NCBI GenBank assembly: GCA_965372715.1
Contig: CBDVDH010000013.1
Location: forward strand, 1 to 64,000
Source: an uncultured bacterium
GTDB taxonomy: Bacteria; B130-G9
DNA length: 64,000 bases
Direction: 5' to 3'
Shown here: one piece after another, positions 21,132-30,940 of the stretch
How positions within the stretch are numbered: the stretch's first letter is position 1
How the letters are laid out: each line of letters starts with the position of its first letter
Position numbers and translations under genes: made by a program
The notes under the pieces: generated by a model
Database searches by the model: none
What the model was told of the DNA's origin: nothing
Seen by the model: the letters and a program-made list of their open reading frames with translations, nothing else

Positions 21132-21382
21132 GAAGTTCAAAGTTCAAAGTTGAAGGTTGAAGGTCCGAGGTTGAAAGTCGGCTGGGTGCTTTGGAGTGCG
21201 GTGGCTTGACGCGGCGCCAGCTATGATTGTGAATCTCGCGATTTTATGCCCACTGCTATGTGCAATGAGCCATCCATCGCAGGGCGGTGTCGAGCCACCG
21301 CCAACCAAAGCGGCGTCGAGCCGCCGCACTCCGAAAATCAGCCCGCTTGATTCGGGAACGCTGATTTCGTAACATCCAGCCT

Positions 21383-24313
21383 ATGACTGACGCACCGGAT
21401 ATCATGAGGCGCCTCGTCGAGAGGTTCTCGGACAATATCGGAAGCTACCGCGCCGGCGGCTATAACGAGACGCGTGTTCGCATCGAGTTCATCGACCCGA
21501 TGTTCAAGGCGCTCGGCTGGGACATGGATAATGAGGCGGGCTATGCTGAGGCCTACAAAGAGGTCATCCACGAGGACGCTATCAAGATCGGCGGCGCGAC
21601 CAAGGCGCCTGATTACTGCTTCCGCATCGGCGGCACGCGCAAGTTCTTTCTGGAGGCCAAAAAGCCCGCCGTCAGCATCCGAACCGACCCGGAGCCAGCC
21701 TATCAGCTCCGCCGCTACGCATGGTCGGCGAAGCTGCCGCTGAGTATCCTGACCGACTTTGAGGAGTTCGCGGTCTATGACTGCCGAATGCGGCCAGTGC
21801 AGCATGATAAGGCCTCGATGGGCCGCACGCTCTACCTCAAATACACGGACTACCTGGACCGCTGGGACGAGATAGCAAGCATCTTCTCAAAAGAGGCCAT
21901 TCTCAAAGGCTCGTTCGACAAATACGCCGAATCGACGCGCCGCAAGCGAGGCACGGCCGAGGTCGACGCCTCGTTTCTAGCCGAGATCGAATCCTGGCGG
22001 GATGTGCTTGCCAGAAACATCGCGCTTCGCAACAAGGACCTGGGCGTGCGAGAGCTCAACCAGGCCGTTCAGAGAACCGTTGACCGCATCCTCTTCCTGC
22101 GGATGTGCGAGGACCGAGGCGTCGAGAACTACGGGCGGCTTCAGGCGCTTCTCAACACCCAGAATGTCTATGGGCGGCTGGGCGAGCTCTTCAGTCAGGC
22201 TGACGATAAATACAACTCCGGGCTGTTTCACTTCAAAAGCGAGCGGGGCCGTGAGGACTACGACGGCTGGACGCTGGACCTCACCATCGACGACAAGGTC
22301 CTGAAGGGCATCATCAAGCGGCTCTACTACCCCGAATGCCCGTTCGAGTTCTCGGTTCTGCCCGCCGACATTCTCGGCCACATCTACGAGCAGTTCCTGG
22401 GCAAGGTCATCCGCCTCACGAAAGGCCATCAGGCGAAAGTCGAGTTCAAGCCCGAGGTCAGAAAGGCCGGCGGCGTCTATTACACGCCGACCTACATCGT
22501 GGATTACATCGTCAAGAACACCGTGGGCAAGCTTTGCGAGCAAGCCGCGCCGAAGAAGGTGGCAGAGCTGCGGATACTCGACCCAGCGTGCGGCTCCGGC
22601 TCATTCCTTTTGGGCGCGTATCAATACCTGCTCGACTGGCATCTGAAGTGGTATCTGGACAACGACCCCGAAAAGCACGCCAAAGGCAAAAAGCCCGCCA
22701 TATACGAATCCGGGGCGGAGCCGACTTCGCCCAATCAGAATGGGCTACGACGGCTAAACTGGCGGCTCACGACGGCGAGGCGCAAGGAGATACTGCTGAA
22801 CAACATCTACGGCGTTGACATCGACCAGCAGGCCGTCGAGGTAACCAAGCTCTCGCTGCTCCTGAAGGTCCTAGAAGGCCAGACCGCCGAGGGCATCAAG
22901 CAGCAGCTCGCCCTCTTCCGCGAACGCGCCTTGCCCGACCTCGCCTCGAACATCAAGTGCGGCAACAGCCTCATCGGCCCCGACTTCTACGACGGCAAGC
23001 AGATGTCGATATTCGACCAGGACGACCTCTATCGCATCAACGCCTTCGACTGGAACAAGGAGTTCCCGGAGATAATGGGAGCCGGCGGCTTTGACGCCGT
23101 CATCGGGAACCCCCCGTATGGGGCAGTCTTTTCCGAGAAACAAAGCGACTACCTGAAAAAGAGATTTGAGACGTTTGTGTGGCGGGGCGAGAGCTACCTG
23201 GCGTTTGTTGAGAAAGGTGTTCAGGCGCTGAAGCTAGGCGGGCGGTTCGGCTACATAATCCCGGACACTTATCTGAATCTCGGCTTTACCCATGGGCTGC
23301 GAAAGTTCCTGCTTGAAAGCACTAGACTGCGTCAGATTGTGTCTCTGCCTCCAAACGTGTTCCCACGCTCGACGGTTGACACGACGCTTCTATTTGTGGT
23401 CCGGGCAGCGCGGGTGCCCTCCTTTCACCATGCGGACGTCTCGGTGAAAATCCTGAGCGGGCCGGGGCCGAGATCTGCTACGGTTCACCTAACCCGTGAG
23501 TTCTCTGTCCCAACAAGCCTTTGGCACGCCCAAGACGCGTTTAATGTGCACAGTGACGCAGCTGAGACACGCCTTGTCATGCGGGTCCAGAAGGAAGGCG
23601 CGCCGCTATCCCGGTTAGCCGAGCTCTTCTATGGGATCAAGGCTTATCAGGTCGGTAAGGGGAAGCCGCCCCAGACCAAGGAAGTCCGAGAGACGAAGCC
23701 CTTCACCGCTGAGGAGAGAAAAGACAAGTCCTTCCTGCCCTTCTTTGACGGCAAGCACATCGGACGCTATCAGGTGCTGTGGACACGGAATAACTGGCTG
23801 AAGTACGGCCCCTGGCTCGCGGAGCCGCGCAGCCCAGAAAAGTACGAAGGGGAGAAGATACTGATACGCAAGATTGTTGGTCCGACGCTGGTCGCCACCT
23901 ACCTAGCAGAAACGTCGTGCTGCAATACCTTGCTGTTCGTTTTGAAGATCAGGCCCGGTGCCGGCATCGACTACCCCTGTTTGCTGGGGATCCTGAACTC
24001 CAGATTCATCGGCTGGTATTTCAGAAAGAAGTTCCAGATAAGCGCGGACCAGTTATTCCCACAAATTATGATTCGCGATGTTTTACAGTTCCCGATTGCC
24101 GCGCCCAGCAGCGCTCGTCACGATCGGATGGTTGAGTTGGTTGAGCGTATGCTTGATTTGCACAAACGCCTTCAGGTGGTGAGGACGGAGCATGACAAGG
24201 AGGTCCTGCGGCGGCAGATTGCGGGGACGGACGATGAGATCGACCGGCTGGTCTATGAGCTGTATGGGCTGACGGAGGCGGAGATTAGGATTGTGGAAGC
24301 GACCGGCAAATAG
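21383..24313 (+). CDS. Type IIG (Eco57I-like) fused restriction endonuclease/N6-adenine methyltransferase
   Basis: PDY...LEAKK nuclease, GVYYTP, ILDPACGSGSFL, IGNPPY, C-terminal TRD and DxEIDRLVYELYGL tail. Confidence 0.95.
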   Translation: MTDAPDIMRRLVERFSDNIGSYRAGGYNETRVRIEFIDPMFKALGWDMDNEAGYAEAYKEVIHEDAIKIGGATKAPDYCFRIGGTRKFFLEAKKPAVSIRTDPEPAYQLRRYAWSAKLPLSILTDFEEFAVYDCRMRPVQHDKASMGRTLYLKYTDYLDRWDEIASIFSKEAILKGSFDKYAESTRRKRGTAEVDASFLAEIESWRDVLARNIALRNKDLGVRELNQAVQRTVDRILFLRMCEDRGVENYGRLQALLNTQNVYGRLGELFSQADDKYNSGLFHFKSERGREDYDGWTLDLTIDDKVLKGIIKRLYYPECPFEFSVLPADILGHIYEQFLGKVIRLTKGHQAKVEFKPEVRKAGGVYYTPTYIVDYIVKNTVGKLCEQAAPKKVAELRILDPACGSGSFLLGAYQYLLDWHLKWYLDNDPEKHAKGKKPAIYESGAEPTSPNQNGLRRLNWRLTTARRKEILLNNIYGVDIDQQAVEVTKLSLLLKVLEGQTAEGIKQQLALFRERALPDLASNIKCGNSLIGPDFYDGKQMSIFDQDDLYRINAFDWNKEFPEIMGAGGFDAVIGNPPYGAVFSEKQSDYLKKRFETFVWRGESYLAFVEKGVQALKLGGRFGYIIPDTYLNLGFTHGLRKFLLESTRLRQIVSLPPNVFPRSTVDTTLLFVVRAARVPSFHHADVSVKILSGPGPRSATVHLTREFSVPTSLWHAQDAFNVHSDAAETRLVMRVQKEGAPLSRLAELFYGIKAYQVGKGKPPQTKEVRETKPFTAEERKDKSFLPFFDGKHIGRYQVLWTRNNWLKYGPWLAEPRSPEKYEGEKILIRKIVGPTLVATYLAETSCCNTLLFVLKIRPGAGIDYPCLLGILNSRFIGWYFRKKFQISADQLFPQIMIRDVLQFPIAAPSSARHDRMVELVERMLDLHKRLQVVRTEHDKEVLRRQIAGTDDEIDRLVYELYGLTEAEIRIVEATGK

Positions 24314-24366
24314 GCTGGGCAGCCAGCCCCCCGAGGAACCGGCTGCCCGAAAACCTGATTCGGCAT

Positions 24367-24600
24367 CTAGCCTTCCGGCGGGTAAGGATCATTGCCGAAC
24401 GTCGACTCTCTCTGGAAACGTCCTTTCTTGTCATGGACGATCAGCTGAGAAGGCGAATGCTTCTTTGCGTCCGCCCTTCCCCACTTTTCCGCGGAAGCCT
24501 TCGTTTCGAAGCACTTCCGAGCGCGGGGAGCTCCTTGGTTCTTGACCTTCCAGCCCTCGCTCTTCGAGGGAACAAGATGGGTCACTTTTCTGCTAGCCAT
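24367..24600 (-). CDS. DUF2188 family protein
   Basis: THLVP...GWKVK...RA...FETK...IVH.K.GRFQRE.TFGNDPYPPEG; aggagg RBS. Confidence 0.9.
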   Translation of the reverse strand: MASRKVTHLVPSKSEGWKVKNQGAPRARKCFETKASAEKWGRADAKKHSPSQLIVHDKKGRFQRESTFGNDPYPPEG

Positions 24601-24814
24601 ATAGCAACACCTCCTTCCTGGTGAGCATCTAGGAACGCGTGAGCTAACAGACTCACTCTGCCCTTCAGCTCTATCTAGCCGGGTAAAACCCGGGGCCGGT
24701 CAAGCGATCTGGAGCCATCGCTCCGACGCTCTTATTTTTCATTGCCGTCAATATATATGGGTATCGCCAAAAGTCAACACTCTATTTGGTATGCTCTCAG
24801 GGACTTGATGTTGC

Positions 24815-24925
24815 CGGCAGATTGTCAAGATACAGACCCGGTCGCGTTGCGGCGACGGACGCCGAGATCGACCGCCTCGTCTATGAGCTCTACGGGTTGA
24901 CGGAGGCGGAGATCGCGATTGTGGA
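24815..24925 (+). repeat. degenerate copy 1 of the Type IIG gene 3' end
   Basis: encodes AATDAEIDRLVYELYGLTEAEIAIV versus native AGTDDEIDRLVYELYGLTEAEIRIV. Confidence 0.92.
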
Positions 24926-24973
24926 TTGCGGATTGAAGCCTTCGCGTCCTTTGTGTCTTCCTGGTGTCGCTGA

Positions 24974-25245
24974 TTCTTCGTGGCTCTTGGTGTCGTTGGT
25001 GGATTCAGATTCTATTAGATATTTCGTCCACGAAGAACACGAAGGCACACGAAGGGAGAAAGAGGGGAAAGGGGCGAGTTGAGCCGGACATCCTCTCTTC
25101 TTCGTGGTTCTTGGTGTCCTTCGTGGATCCGGACTCTATTAGATATTTCGTCCACGAAGGGCACGAAGGCACACGAAGGGAGAAAGGGGGGAATTGAGCC
25201 GGACATCCTCTCTTCTTCGTGGTTCTTGGTGTCCTTCGTGGATCC
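24974..25245. repeat. about 120-bp tandem repeat (about 2.3 units) of a cacgaa-rich palindromic element
   Basis: ttcttcgtggYtcttggtgtc...ctattagatatttcgtccacgaag..cacgaaggcacacgaagggagaaag...ttgagccggacatcctctc repeated; related unit at ~27575-27685. Confidence 0.88.
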
Positions 25246-25255
25246 CCTCTTTTGA

Positions 25256-25362
25256 TGGATGCCGCGATCGACCTCGCCGGTAGGCGGAGTCTACGACGCC
25301 TGGTCTATGAGCTCTACGACCTGACGGAGGGGGAGCTCAGTATTGTGGAGGGGAGCGGATAG
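25256..25362 (+). repeat. degenerate copy 2 of the Type IIG gene 3' end
   Basis: gatgccgcgatcgacc, a short insertion, then RLVYELYDLTEGELSIVEGSG*. Confidence 0.88.
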
Positions 25363-25388
25363 GCTACAAGAACCTTTGTAAAGCTATG

Positions 25389-26519
25389 TTAGGCCGCGCC
25401 GGCGTCTGCGAAATCGAAGCGTCGCCTGAGCCCATTCAGGTGCGTGTGAGGCAGCAGTCCTTCATGGTGCAAACGACCAACTACAATGGCTGCTGAGATA
25501 CCCATCTTTCCAGCAAAGGCCGTCACAGAATCACGGCTCTTATATGCGCCAGACTCTACGAATTGCCGCCATGGTCGCAGTGGGATTAAAAAGTCGCGAC
25601 CGAATTTGTCGGCCTCCACTTCCTCAGCATTGCCTATTTGGTCCGGAGCGGGAACATCCCTATCCTTCTCCACTTCGATGAATATCCGTCTCTTTCTATG
25701 CAGGAGAATGTGCCCTGCCTCGTGAAAGAACGTGAACCAGAGGAAGTCCTCGAGTTTCCCCCGCAAACTAAGCTGAATTAGCGCCTTGTCGGAAGTAAGC
25801 CAACGAGTGGCGCCATAGACCCGAGCGCCCTTGATGGGAGGAGTGAATACCAGCGCAACACCGGCCTGGGCACAAAGATGCACCGTCTCACGCTGGAACC
25901 GCTCCGGCGTGTCCCTTGTCAGAGTACGGATATGGTCAAGTATCGTCCGGAAGTTGGCGCCATCAAATGGCCTGCACTCTATTCCGCGAGCCACAAGTTC
26001 CCCTTTGCGAAGCCAAGCGGAGCAGGCTTCCGGCTGACTGGCAAAAGCTCTCGATGCGCAGAACACGGGCTTGGGGGAAAGCCAGAGCTCCCTCCATTGC
26101 TTGGAGGATGACACGCCGAAAAACTGAAGCACAGCACTCACTTGGTCGATCTTGTGCTTGAAATCTTCAATCCATCCCATTCTGATCATCTCTCGCACCG
26201 GCATCGACTTGAGCCATACGACCTCCTGCCTCATTCGTTCTCTTCTCGCCATCCTGACCAGGCTTTCTCGGTAGCGACGCTCACGGTTGTTCCAGAAACT
26301 TGCAGGTGTTCCAACTGCCTTCTCCAGGTCTGCGGCCATGTCCGGTGTGATCGGGGCGTAGTGATTGATGATCTCACCGACGGTCTTGGGGGTCTTCCCG
26401 ATGCGCAGGGCCAGTTCCGCTTTGGTCATCCCCAAGGCGTCCAATATGTCCTGCAACGTCTCTCCGGGAGGCGTTACAACATCGGGATTGTATTCATTTC
26501 TCAGTTGATCACTCACCAT
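25389..26519 (-). CDS. HigA-type antitoxin (XRE HTH plus ImmA/IrrE-like metallopeptidase)
   Basis: PPGETL...AELA.R.G...ITPDMA..LE...FWNN; WFTFFHEAGH. Confidence 0.92.
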   Translation of the reverse strand: MVSDQLRNEYNPDVVTPPGETLQDILDALGMTKAELALRIGKTPKTVGEIINHYAPITPDMAADLEKAVGTPASFWNNRERRYRESLVRMARRERMRQEVVWLKSMPVREMIRMGWIEDFKHKIDQVSAVLQFFGVSSSKQWRELWLSPKPVFCASRAFASQPEACSAWLRKGELVARGIECRPFDGANFRTILDHIRTLTRDTPERFQRETVHLCAQAGVALVFTPPIKGARVYGATRWLTSDKALIQLSLRGKLEDFLWFTFFHEAGHILLHRKRRIFIEVEKDRDVPAPDQIGNAEEVEADKFGRDFLIPLRPWRQFVESGAYKSRDSVTAFAGKMGISAAIVVGRLHHEGLLPHTHLNGLRRRFDFADAGAA

Positions 26520-26859
26520 GATAGTCCTCCGCCAACTCGAGTATTCGTATGGCCGTCACATGGGACCAATCCAACCCGCCATCAGGCTTCTGAGGTATCG
26601 GTTCATCTGCCACCTCAAAAATCATCCGATATCCCCCATCTAGCCTGACAGCGAGCTGCCCCCTCCGACTTGCTTTCAGTTCGTGGCAACGGGCCTGTGG
26701 CATATATCGCATCACTCCAAGATTCTCTGCGGCAGCCAGATCATCAATCCGTCTTCGGACGAGCCTCGCTCTTTCCGGATGACGTCTGTATCGCTTCTCA
26801 AGCGATCCGGCTTCTGCAAACAGCTTTCTGTCCTTTTCTCTTTTGAATAGGATATCCAC
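26509..26859 (-). CDS. HigB/RelE-type killer toxin
   Basis: RCHELK..RRGQLAVRLDGGYRMIFE...DGGLDW...EDYH; overlaps the antitoxin start. Confidence 0.88.
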   Translation of the reverse strand: MDILFKREKDRKLFAEAGSLEKRYRRHPERARLVRRRIDDLAAAENLGVMRYMPQARCHELKASRRGQLAVRLDGGYRMIFEVADEPIPQKPDGGLDWSHVTAIRILELAEDYHGE

Positions 26860-26960
26860 GCCTTCTTTTCCTACCGGAAGAATGACGCCCTGTTGACAAG
26901 AAGTCAAGCCCTATTAACCCAGAAGGTTAATCCATTCCGCATCATAGAGGCTATAGCGGC

Positions 26961-27005
26961 CGGCAGATTGCGGCGACGGACGGTCAGATTGTGGATTGCG
27001 GATTG
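26961..27005 (+). repeat. degenerate copy 3 of the Type IIG 3' end fused to a heptamer repeat
   Basis: cggcagattgcggcgacggacggtcagatt (RQIAATDGQI) then gtggattgcggattg. Confidence 0.75.
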
Positions 27006-27085
27006 TAACTTGGCAGCGGACGATGGGATCATGGTTTGCAGGGATGAGCCACATCGTATAGTATGCTGGCCCTGGAGGGAATTGG

Positions 27086-27286
27086 ATGATTGTCGAGATT
27101 GATAGAGAAGAAGACGGCCGTTGGATCGCGGAAATACCTGAGCTGCCGGGCGTAATGCAATACGGCCAGACACGGGACGAGGCCATTGCAAAAGCAAAGG
27201 CCCTTGCGCTTCGCGTGTTCGCGGACCGGCTGGAGCACGGAGAACAAGTTCCGGAAGTTGGCGAGATGTTTGCGGTTGTCGTGTGA
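27086..27286 (+). CDS. HicB family antitoxin
   Basis: EEDGRWIAEIPELPGVMQYGQTRDEA. Confidence 0.92.
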   Translation: MIVEIDREEDGRWIAEIPELPGVMQYGQTRDEAIAKAKALALRVFADRLEHGEQVPEVGEMFAVVV

Positions 27287-27498
27287 GCCAATGGCCGTCT
27301 GTAAAGGCGCGACGGCTGCTGGCCGCACTGCTGCGAATAGGCTGGTCGGTCAAGCGTCAATCAGGCGGCTCGCATCGAGTCCTGTGCCGAGCCGGCTTTT
27401 CTGACTTCGTATTCGCCTTCCACGACCATGAAGAGATAGGCCCGCGGATGCTCGCAAGAATCGCCAGGCGAACCGGACTTACGCCCCAGGACCTTTGA
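27283..27498 (+). CDS. HicA family toxin
   Basis: LLRIGW..KRQSGGSHRVL...FAFHD.EEIGPRML; GTGA overlap with hicB. Confidence 0.92.
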   Translation: MSQWPSVKARRLLAALLRIGWSVKRQSGGSHRVLCRAGFSDFVFAFHDHEEIGPRMLARIARRTGLTPQDL

Positions 27499-27525
27499 CG
27501 GACCATAAGAGCGGCACAAGAGCCC

Positions 27526-27571
27526 ATTGGAGCGACGGACGACGAGATTGGGGATTGTGGATTGTGGATTG
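27526..27571 (+). repeat. degenerate copy 4 of the Type IIG 3' end fused to a heptamer repeat
   Basis: attggagcgacggacgacgagatt (IGATDDEI) then ggggattgtggattgtggattg. Confidence 0.65.
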
Positions 27572-27763
27572 AGAGCTTCGTGTCCTTTGTGGTTACCCTG
27601 ATTCTTAGTGGCTCTTGGTGTCCTTGGTGGATTCCCTGTTCTATTCGATAGATGATCCACGAAGACACACGAATGAACACGAAATAGGCAGGGCGGGCGG
27701 GTGCTCAAGTTGCAGAGCGGCTGGCAGTTGGCCGTTCCGCTTTCGCGCAAGGCTGGGGCGGCC

Positions 27764-28681
27764 CTAGTAATTGCTCCCCATTTGACATTCGCTGAACCGG
27801 CGGCGGTCGAGGCTTTCGCAAGTAGCAGCCCAGAAGCCGGCTGTCTCAAGCCTCACCACCAGCTCCTTGCCCTCATCGAGAGACGCCACGGGCGCGAAGA
27901 CTGTCGCGCCGCTGCCTGAGAGCATCGCCCGGTCTATGCCCAGGGCCGAGAACATCGCAAAGACCTCGTCGATGCGCGGATAAAGCCGCCGCGCGGCGGG
28001 CAAAAGGTCGTTGGTCATGAGCTCCCAGCGCTTTGGGCCGTGAGGGGCGTCCAGGAACGCGGCGCAGGCATTGCTGGCTGAGGCGCGTTTGTTGGCGGTT
28101 CCTCTCAGGCGCAAGGCGGCATAGACCCTTTCTGTATCAGCACGAATGCCAGGGTTGGCCAGAACGAAGGCAGTTTTCGGCAAGTCAGGCGCCGTCTGGA
28201 CTATCTCGCCTCTCCCAGTTGCCAGCGCAGTCCCTCCGACCAGAAAGAAGGAAACGTCAGAGCCGAGTCTGGAGGCGATTCGCTGGAGGTCGTCGCGGCC
28301 GATGTCCAGTCCATATTGAGCAACCAGAGCCAAAAGGACGGCGCCGGCGTTGCTGCTTCCGCCGCCGAGTCCTCCGCCGATTGGGATGTTCTTATTGATA
28401 GTAATGGCCAATCCCGCGTCAAATCCGGTCGCCTCGCGAAGCCAATGGATTGCCTGCCACACGAGGTTCTTCTCGTCAACAGGGCAGCTCATGGTATCCG
28501 TGTGAAGTTCAAAATGCCGAGCGACGGGGAGTTCCTCGATGGTGATCTCGTCGCAGAGGTCGATCGACTGCATCACGGTTCTGATGTCGTGATAGTCGTC
28601 CGCTCTCTTGCGCAGGACCTCAAGGACGAGGTTGATCTTCGCGGGGGATTTGATCTTCAGCATCGCACCAGCCAACGGCAC
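27764..28681 (-). CDS. ispE: 4-diphosphocytidyl-2-C-methyl-D-erythritol kinase
   Basis: PAKINL.L, KNIPIGGGLGGGSSNA, GSDV, MLSGSG. Confidence 0.96.
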   Translation of the reverse strand: MPLAGAMLKIKSPAKINLVLEVLRKRADDYHDIRTVMQSIDLCDEITIEELPVARHFELHTDTMSCPVDEKNLVWQAIHWLREATGFDAGLAITINKNIPIGGGLGGGSSNAGAVLLALVAQYGLDIGRDDLQRIASRLGSDVSFFLVGGTALATGRGEIVQTAPDLPKTAFVLANPGIRADTERVYAALRLRGTANKRASASNACAAFLDAPHGPKRWELMTNDLLPAARRLYPRIDEVFAMFSALGIDRAMLSGSGATVFAPVASLDEGKELVVRLETAGFWAATCESLDRRRFSECQMGSNY

Positions 28682-28692
28682 ACTCCGGGAGA

Positions 28693-29496
28693 TTATGGCC
28701 CAATCCTGAACGACGCAGGATCAAGGTCAGCGTTGACCTCAGGATCAGCAAACGAGATACGAAGCGACTCGCGGCGTTCAGGGACACTGATCGTAACGAT
28801 ACGAGGCAGGCGGCAGCGCACGCCGTCTCGCCCGGTCATATCCCTGAAGTCAACGTACAGCGCCTCGACAGCGGGTTCGTCATCGGGTGTGGACTCGAAG
28901 ACGAATCTCTCAACATCCTGCTTGCCCGGGCGCTGCTTGACCCACAACGTGATGCTCGCTTGATGGTCTTGTAGCTCAAGCCTGACTCTGTTCTTCGCCT
29001 CTCGAGATGACTTACTGACGACGACAGAATCGTGCGACAGCGGGGGAAAGCCTAAGACCATCGAGACGAGCCATTCGGGGGTCAGTCCAAGAAACGAGAG
29101 CGTTGAGCCGGACGCGTCTGCGCTTAGGAGCCGTATCTCATTGTTCTTACCGATTTCGCTGAATGTCTTGCCATCGAATGCGACGACATGACGGGGGTGT
29201 CTGAACGGGCCTAAGAACTCTATTCTGAAGCGATTGGGGCGCTGAAGAAGCACTGCGACCGAGGCCCGGTATGCCCGCCCTTGAGAGATGAGCATCAGCC
29301 TCGCAAAGGAGCGCAACGTCCTGACTTTCGCCTGGTCCGAGGCCAGTCTCTCAGCGATCAGCTGCGCCTCGTCCGTTGGGAGCCTCGCCTGTCTCTGCGT
29401 GCTCAGCAGGCTGCAACCAAGACCGAAAAGCGGAATGACGACGAATAAAACGTGAAGCCGAGTGAGGCGCACTCGCCGCCTAGCGCACCGATGCAT
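28693..29496 (-). CDS. LolA/LolB-fold lipoprotein (DUF4292-like)
   Basis: lipobox GLGC; RPNRFRIE..GPF; sits between the TPR gene and ispE where lolB usually lies. Confidence 0.7.
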   Translation of the reverse strand: MHRCARRRVRLTRLHVLFVVIPLFGLGCSLLSTQRQARLPTDEAQLIAERLASDQAKVRTLRSFARLMLISQGRAYRASVAVLLQRPNRFRIEFLGPFRHPRHVVAFDGKTFSEIGKNNEIRLLSADASGSTLSFLGLTPEWLVSMVLGFPPLSHDSVVVSKSSREAKNRVRLELQDHQASITLWVKQRPGKQDVERFVFESTPDDEPAVEALYVDFRDMTGRDGVRCRLPRIVTISVPERRESLRISFADPEVNADLDPASFRIGP

Positions 29497-30787
29497 CTTG
29501 GGAGGCGCCGGTCGCCTTTTTCTCGGACGGAATCACTGGAGATATAGAGAGCTCACGCAGGAGTTTATGGACGGCCGGGTCGTCCGATGACGCGGACTGG
29601 ACAATCTGGAGGTATTTCTTGGCTTCTTCTGATTTGCCCGCTTTGCGATAGGCGAGCGCGAGATGGCCACAGATTATTAGCTCGGAGGAAGGGTCCTTGA
29701 GGCCGGCAATCGCCTTTTCTAGGTATTCTACAGCCGCGCCTATGTCACCGAGCTTATAAAGGCCCCAGCCGAGGCTGTCCAGGAACGCGGAGTTATGAGG
29801 CTCAATTGCCAGCGCTGCCCTTACGAGCGAAATGCCCCTTCGCAGCTTCATGCCCCTGTCAATATAGATGTAGCCCAAGTAGTTAAGCGCTGCCGCGAAG
29901 CTGGGCTCAATCTTGATCAAGGTCTCCAGTTGCTCGACCGCCTCATCTATTCTGCCGGCCTGCTCCATGAAGCCGGCAAGAAAGAACCGGAACTGGGGGT
30001 CCTTGGGCAACCGGGCAACCGTCTTGTGTGCCAAGACAATTGCATCCTCGAACAGCTTACACCGCTGGTATGCCTCGAAAAGCTGGGTTGTCGTGTGTAA
30101 GTCCCCCGGGTGAGCGGCCACGACCGCCTCAAGGTGCGGAATCGCCTTTGCCGGCTCACCGATATTCAAGTATAGTCGGCCCAAGGAGAAATCCGCGCGA
30201 AGCGAATCGGGCTCAATCTTCTTCAGCTTGTTGAGCTCGAGGATCGCCTCATCATATTCTCTGGCCAGCCTGAGTAGTTCGGCTATCGTGAACCTAAGCG
30301 TTGCCTCGTCAAAGCCGAGCTCCGCGCCCCGCCGGTAATCTCGAACGGCTTCAGGGATTCTGAGGAGCATTCTGTGCGCATCGCCGCGCAGGACGTAAAC
30401 TTCTGCCATTTCAGGGGACTTGGCGATGGCGGAGTTGAGCTTCTCAATCGCGTCGTCGAGCCGGTCCTCCTCAACAAGGACGCGAGCCTGCTCGAAATCT
30501 ATATATCCGCTCTCTGGAAGGCGGGAACCAGCCTTTTGGAGTTCCTCCAAAGACTTGTCCAGCTCGCCGCGCAGTCCGAACAACTGACCATAGCAGTAGA
30601 GCGTGTATGCTTCCGCCAGCGAAACCAGCTCCGGCGAGATTGTAGAACTGCTGGCAAACTGACAGCCCCGAACCGACGAGCTCGCCGGAAGCTCCTCGGT
30701 CGGTCTGTTGAAAGACGAACAGGACATAATCACCCATGAGAGGGCGATTATGCCCAACGAAAACAATACCCTTCTTGGTCGCATCAT
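29480..30787 (-). CDS. tetratricopeptide repeat lipoprotein
   Basis: lipobox IMSC, TPR repeats, ALNYLGY...AFLDSLGW. Confidence 0.9.
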   Translation of the reverse strand: MMRPRRVLFSLGIIALSWVIMSCSSFNRPTEELPASSSVRGCQFASSSTISPELVSLAEAYTLYCYGQLFGLRGELDKSLEELQKAGSRLPESGYIDFEQARVLVEEDRLDDAIEKLNSAIAKSPEMAEVYVLRGDAHRMLLRIPEAVRDYRRGAELGFDEATLRFTIAELLRLAREYDEAILELNKLKKIEPDSLRADFSLGRLYLNIGEPAKAIPHLEAVVAAHPGDLHTTTQLFEAYQRCKLFEDAIVLAHKTVARLPKDPQFRFFLAGFMEQAGRIDEAVEQLETLIKIEPSFAAALNYLGYIYIDRGMKLRRGISLVRAALAIEPHNSAFLDSLGWGLYKLGDIGAAVEYLEKAIAGLKDPSSELIICGHLALAYRKAGKSEEAKKYLQIVQSASSDDPAVHKLLRELSISPVIPSEKKATGASQDASVR

Positions 30788-30940
30788 CCTGCAGAATCAC
30801 TTACGGGAATGGCCTGGCCTTAGAACAGATTCTTGCTGTTAACTAACGTTCACAACACATACCGCGAAAAACAAGCCCCTCACCCGGAGCTTGTGCGGCG
30901 ACTGCTCCTCTCACAGACCCTACCCACCAATAATACTATA

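Noticed and set aside
24786-25082. 98-aa ORF as a functional gene
   Set aside because: Composite of the R-M tail remnant and repeat DNA.
24974-25245. possible CRISPR array
   Set aside because: The ~120-bp units repeat in full with no unique spacers, and no cas genes are in the window.
24300-27700. classical integron or shufflon
   Set aside because: No tyrosine or serine recombinase, no clear attC sites, and the repeats are direct with no spare full TRDs.
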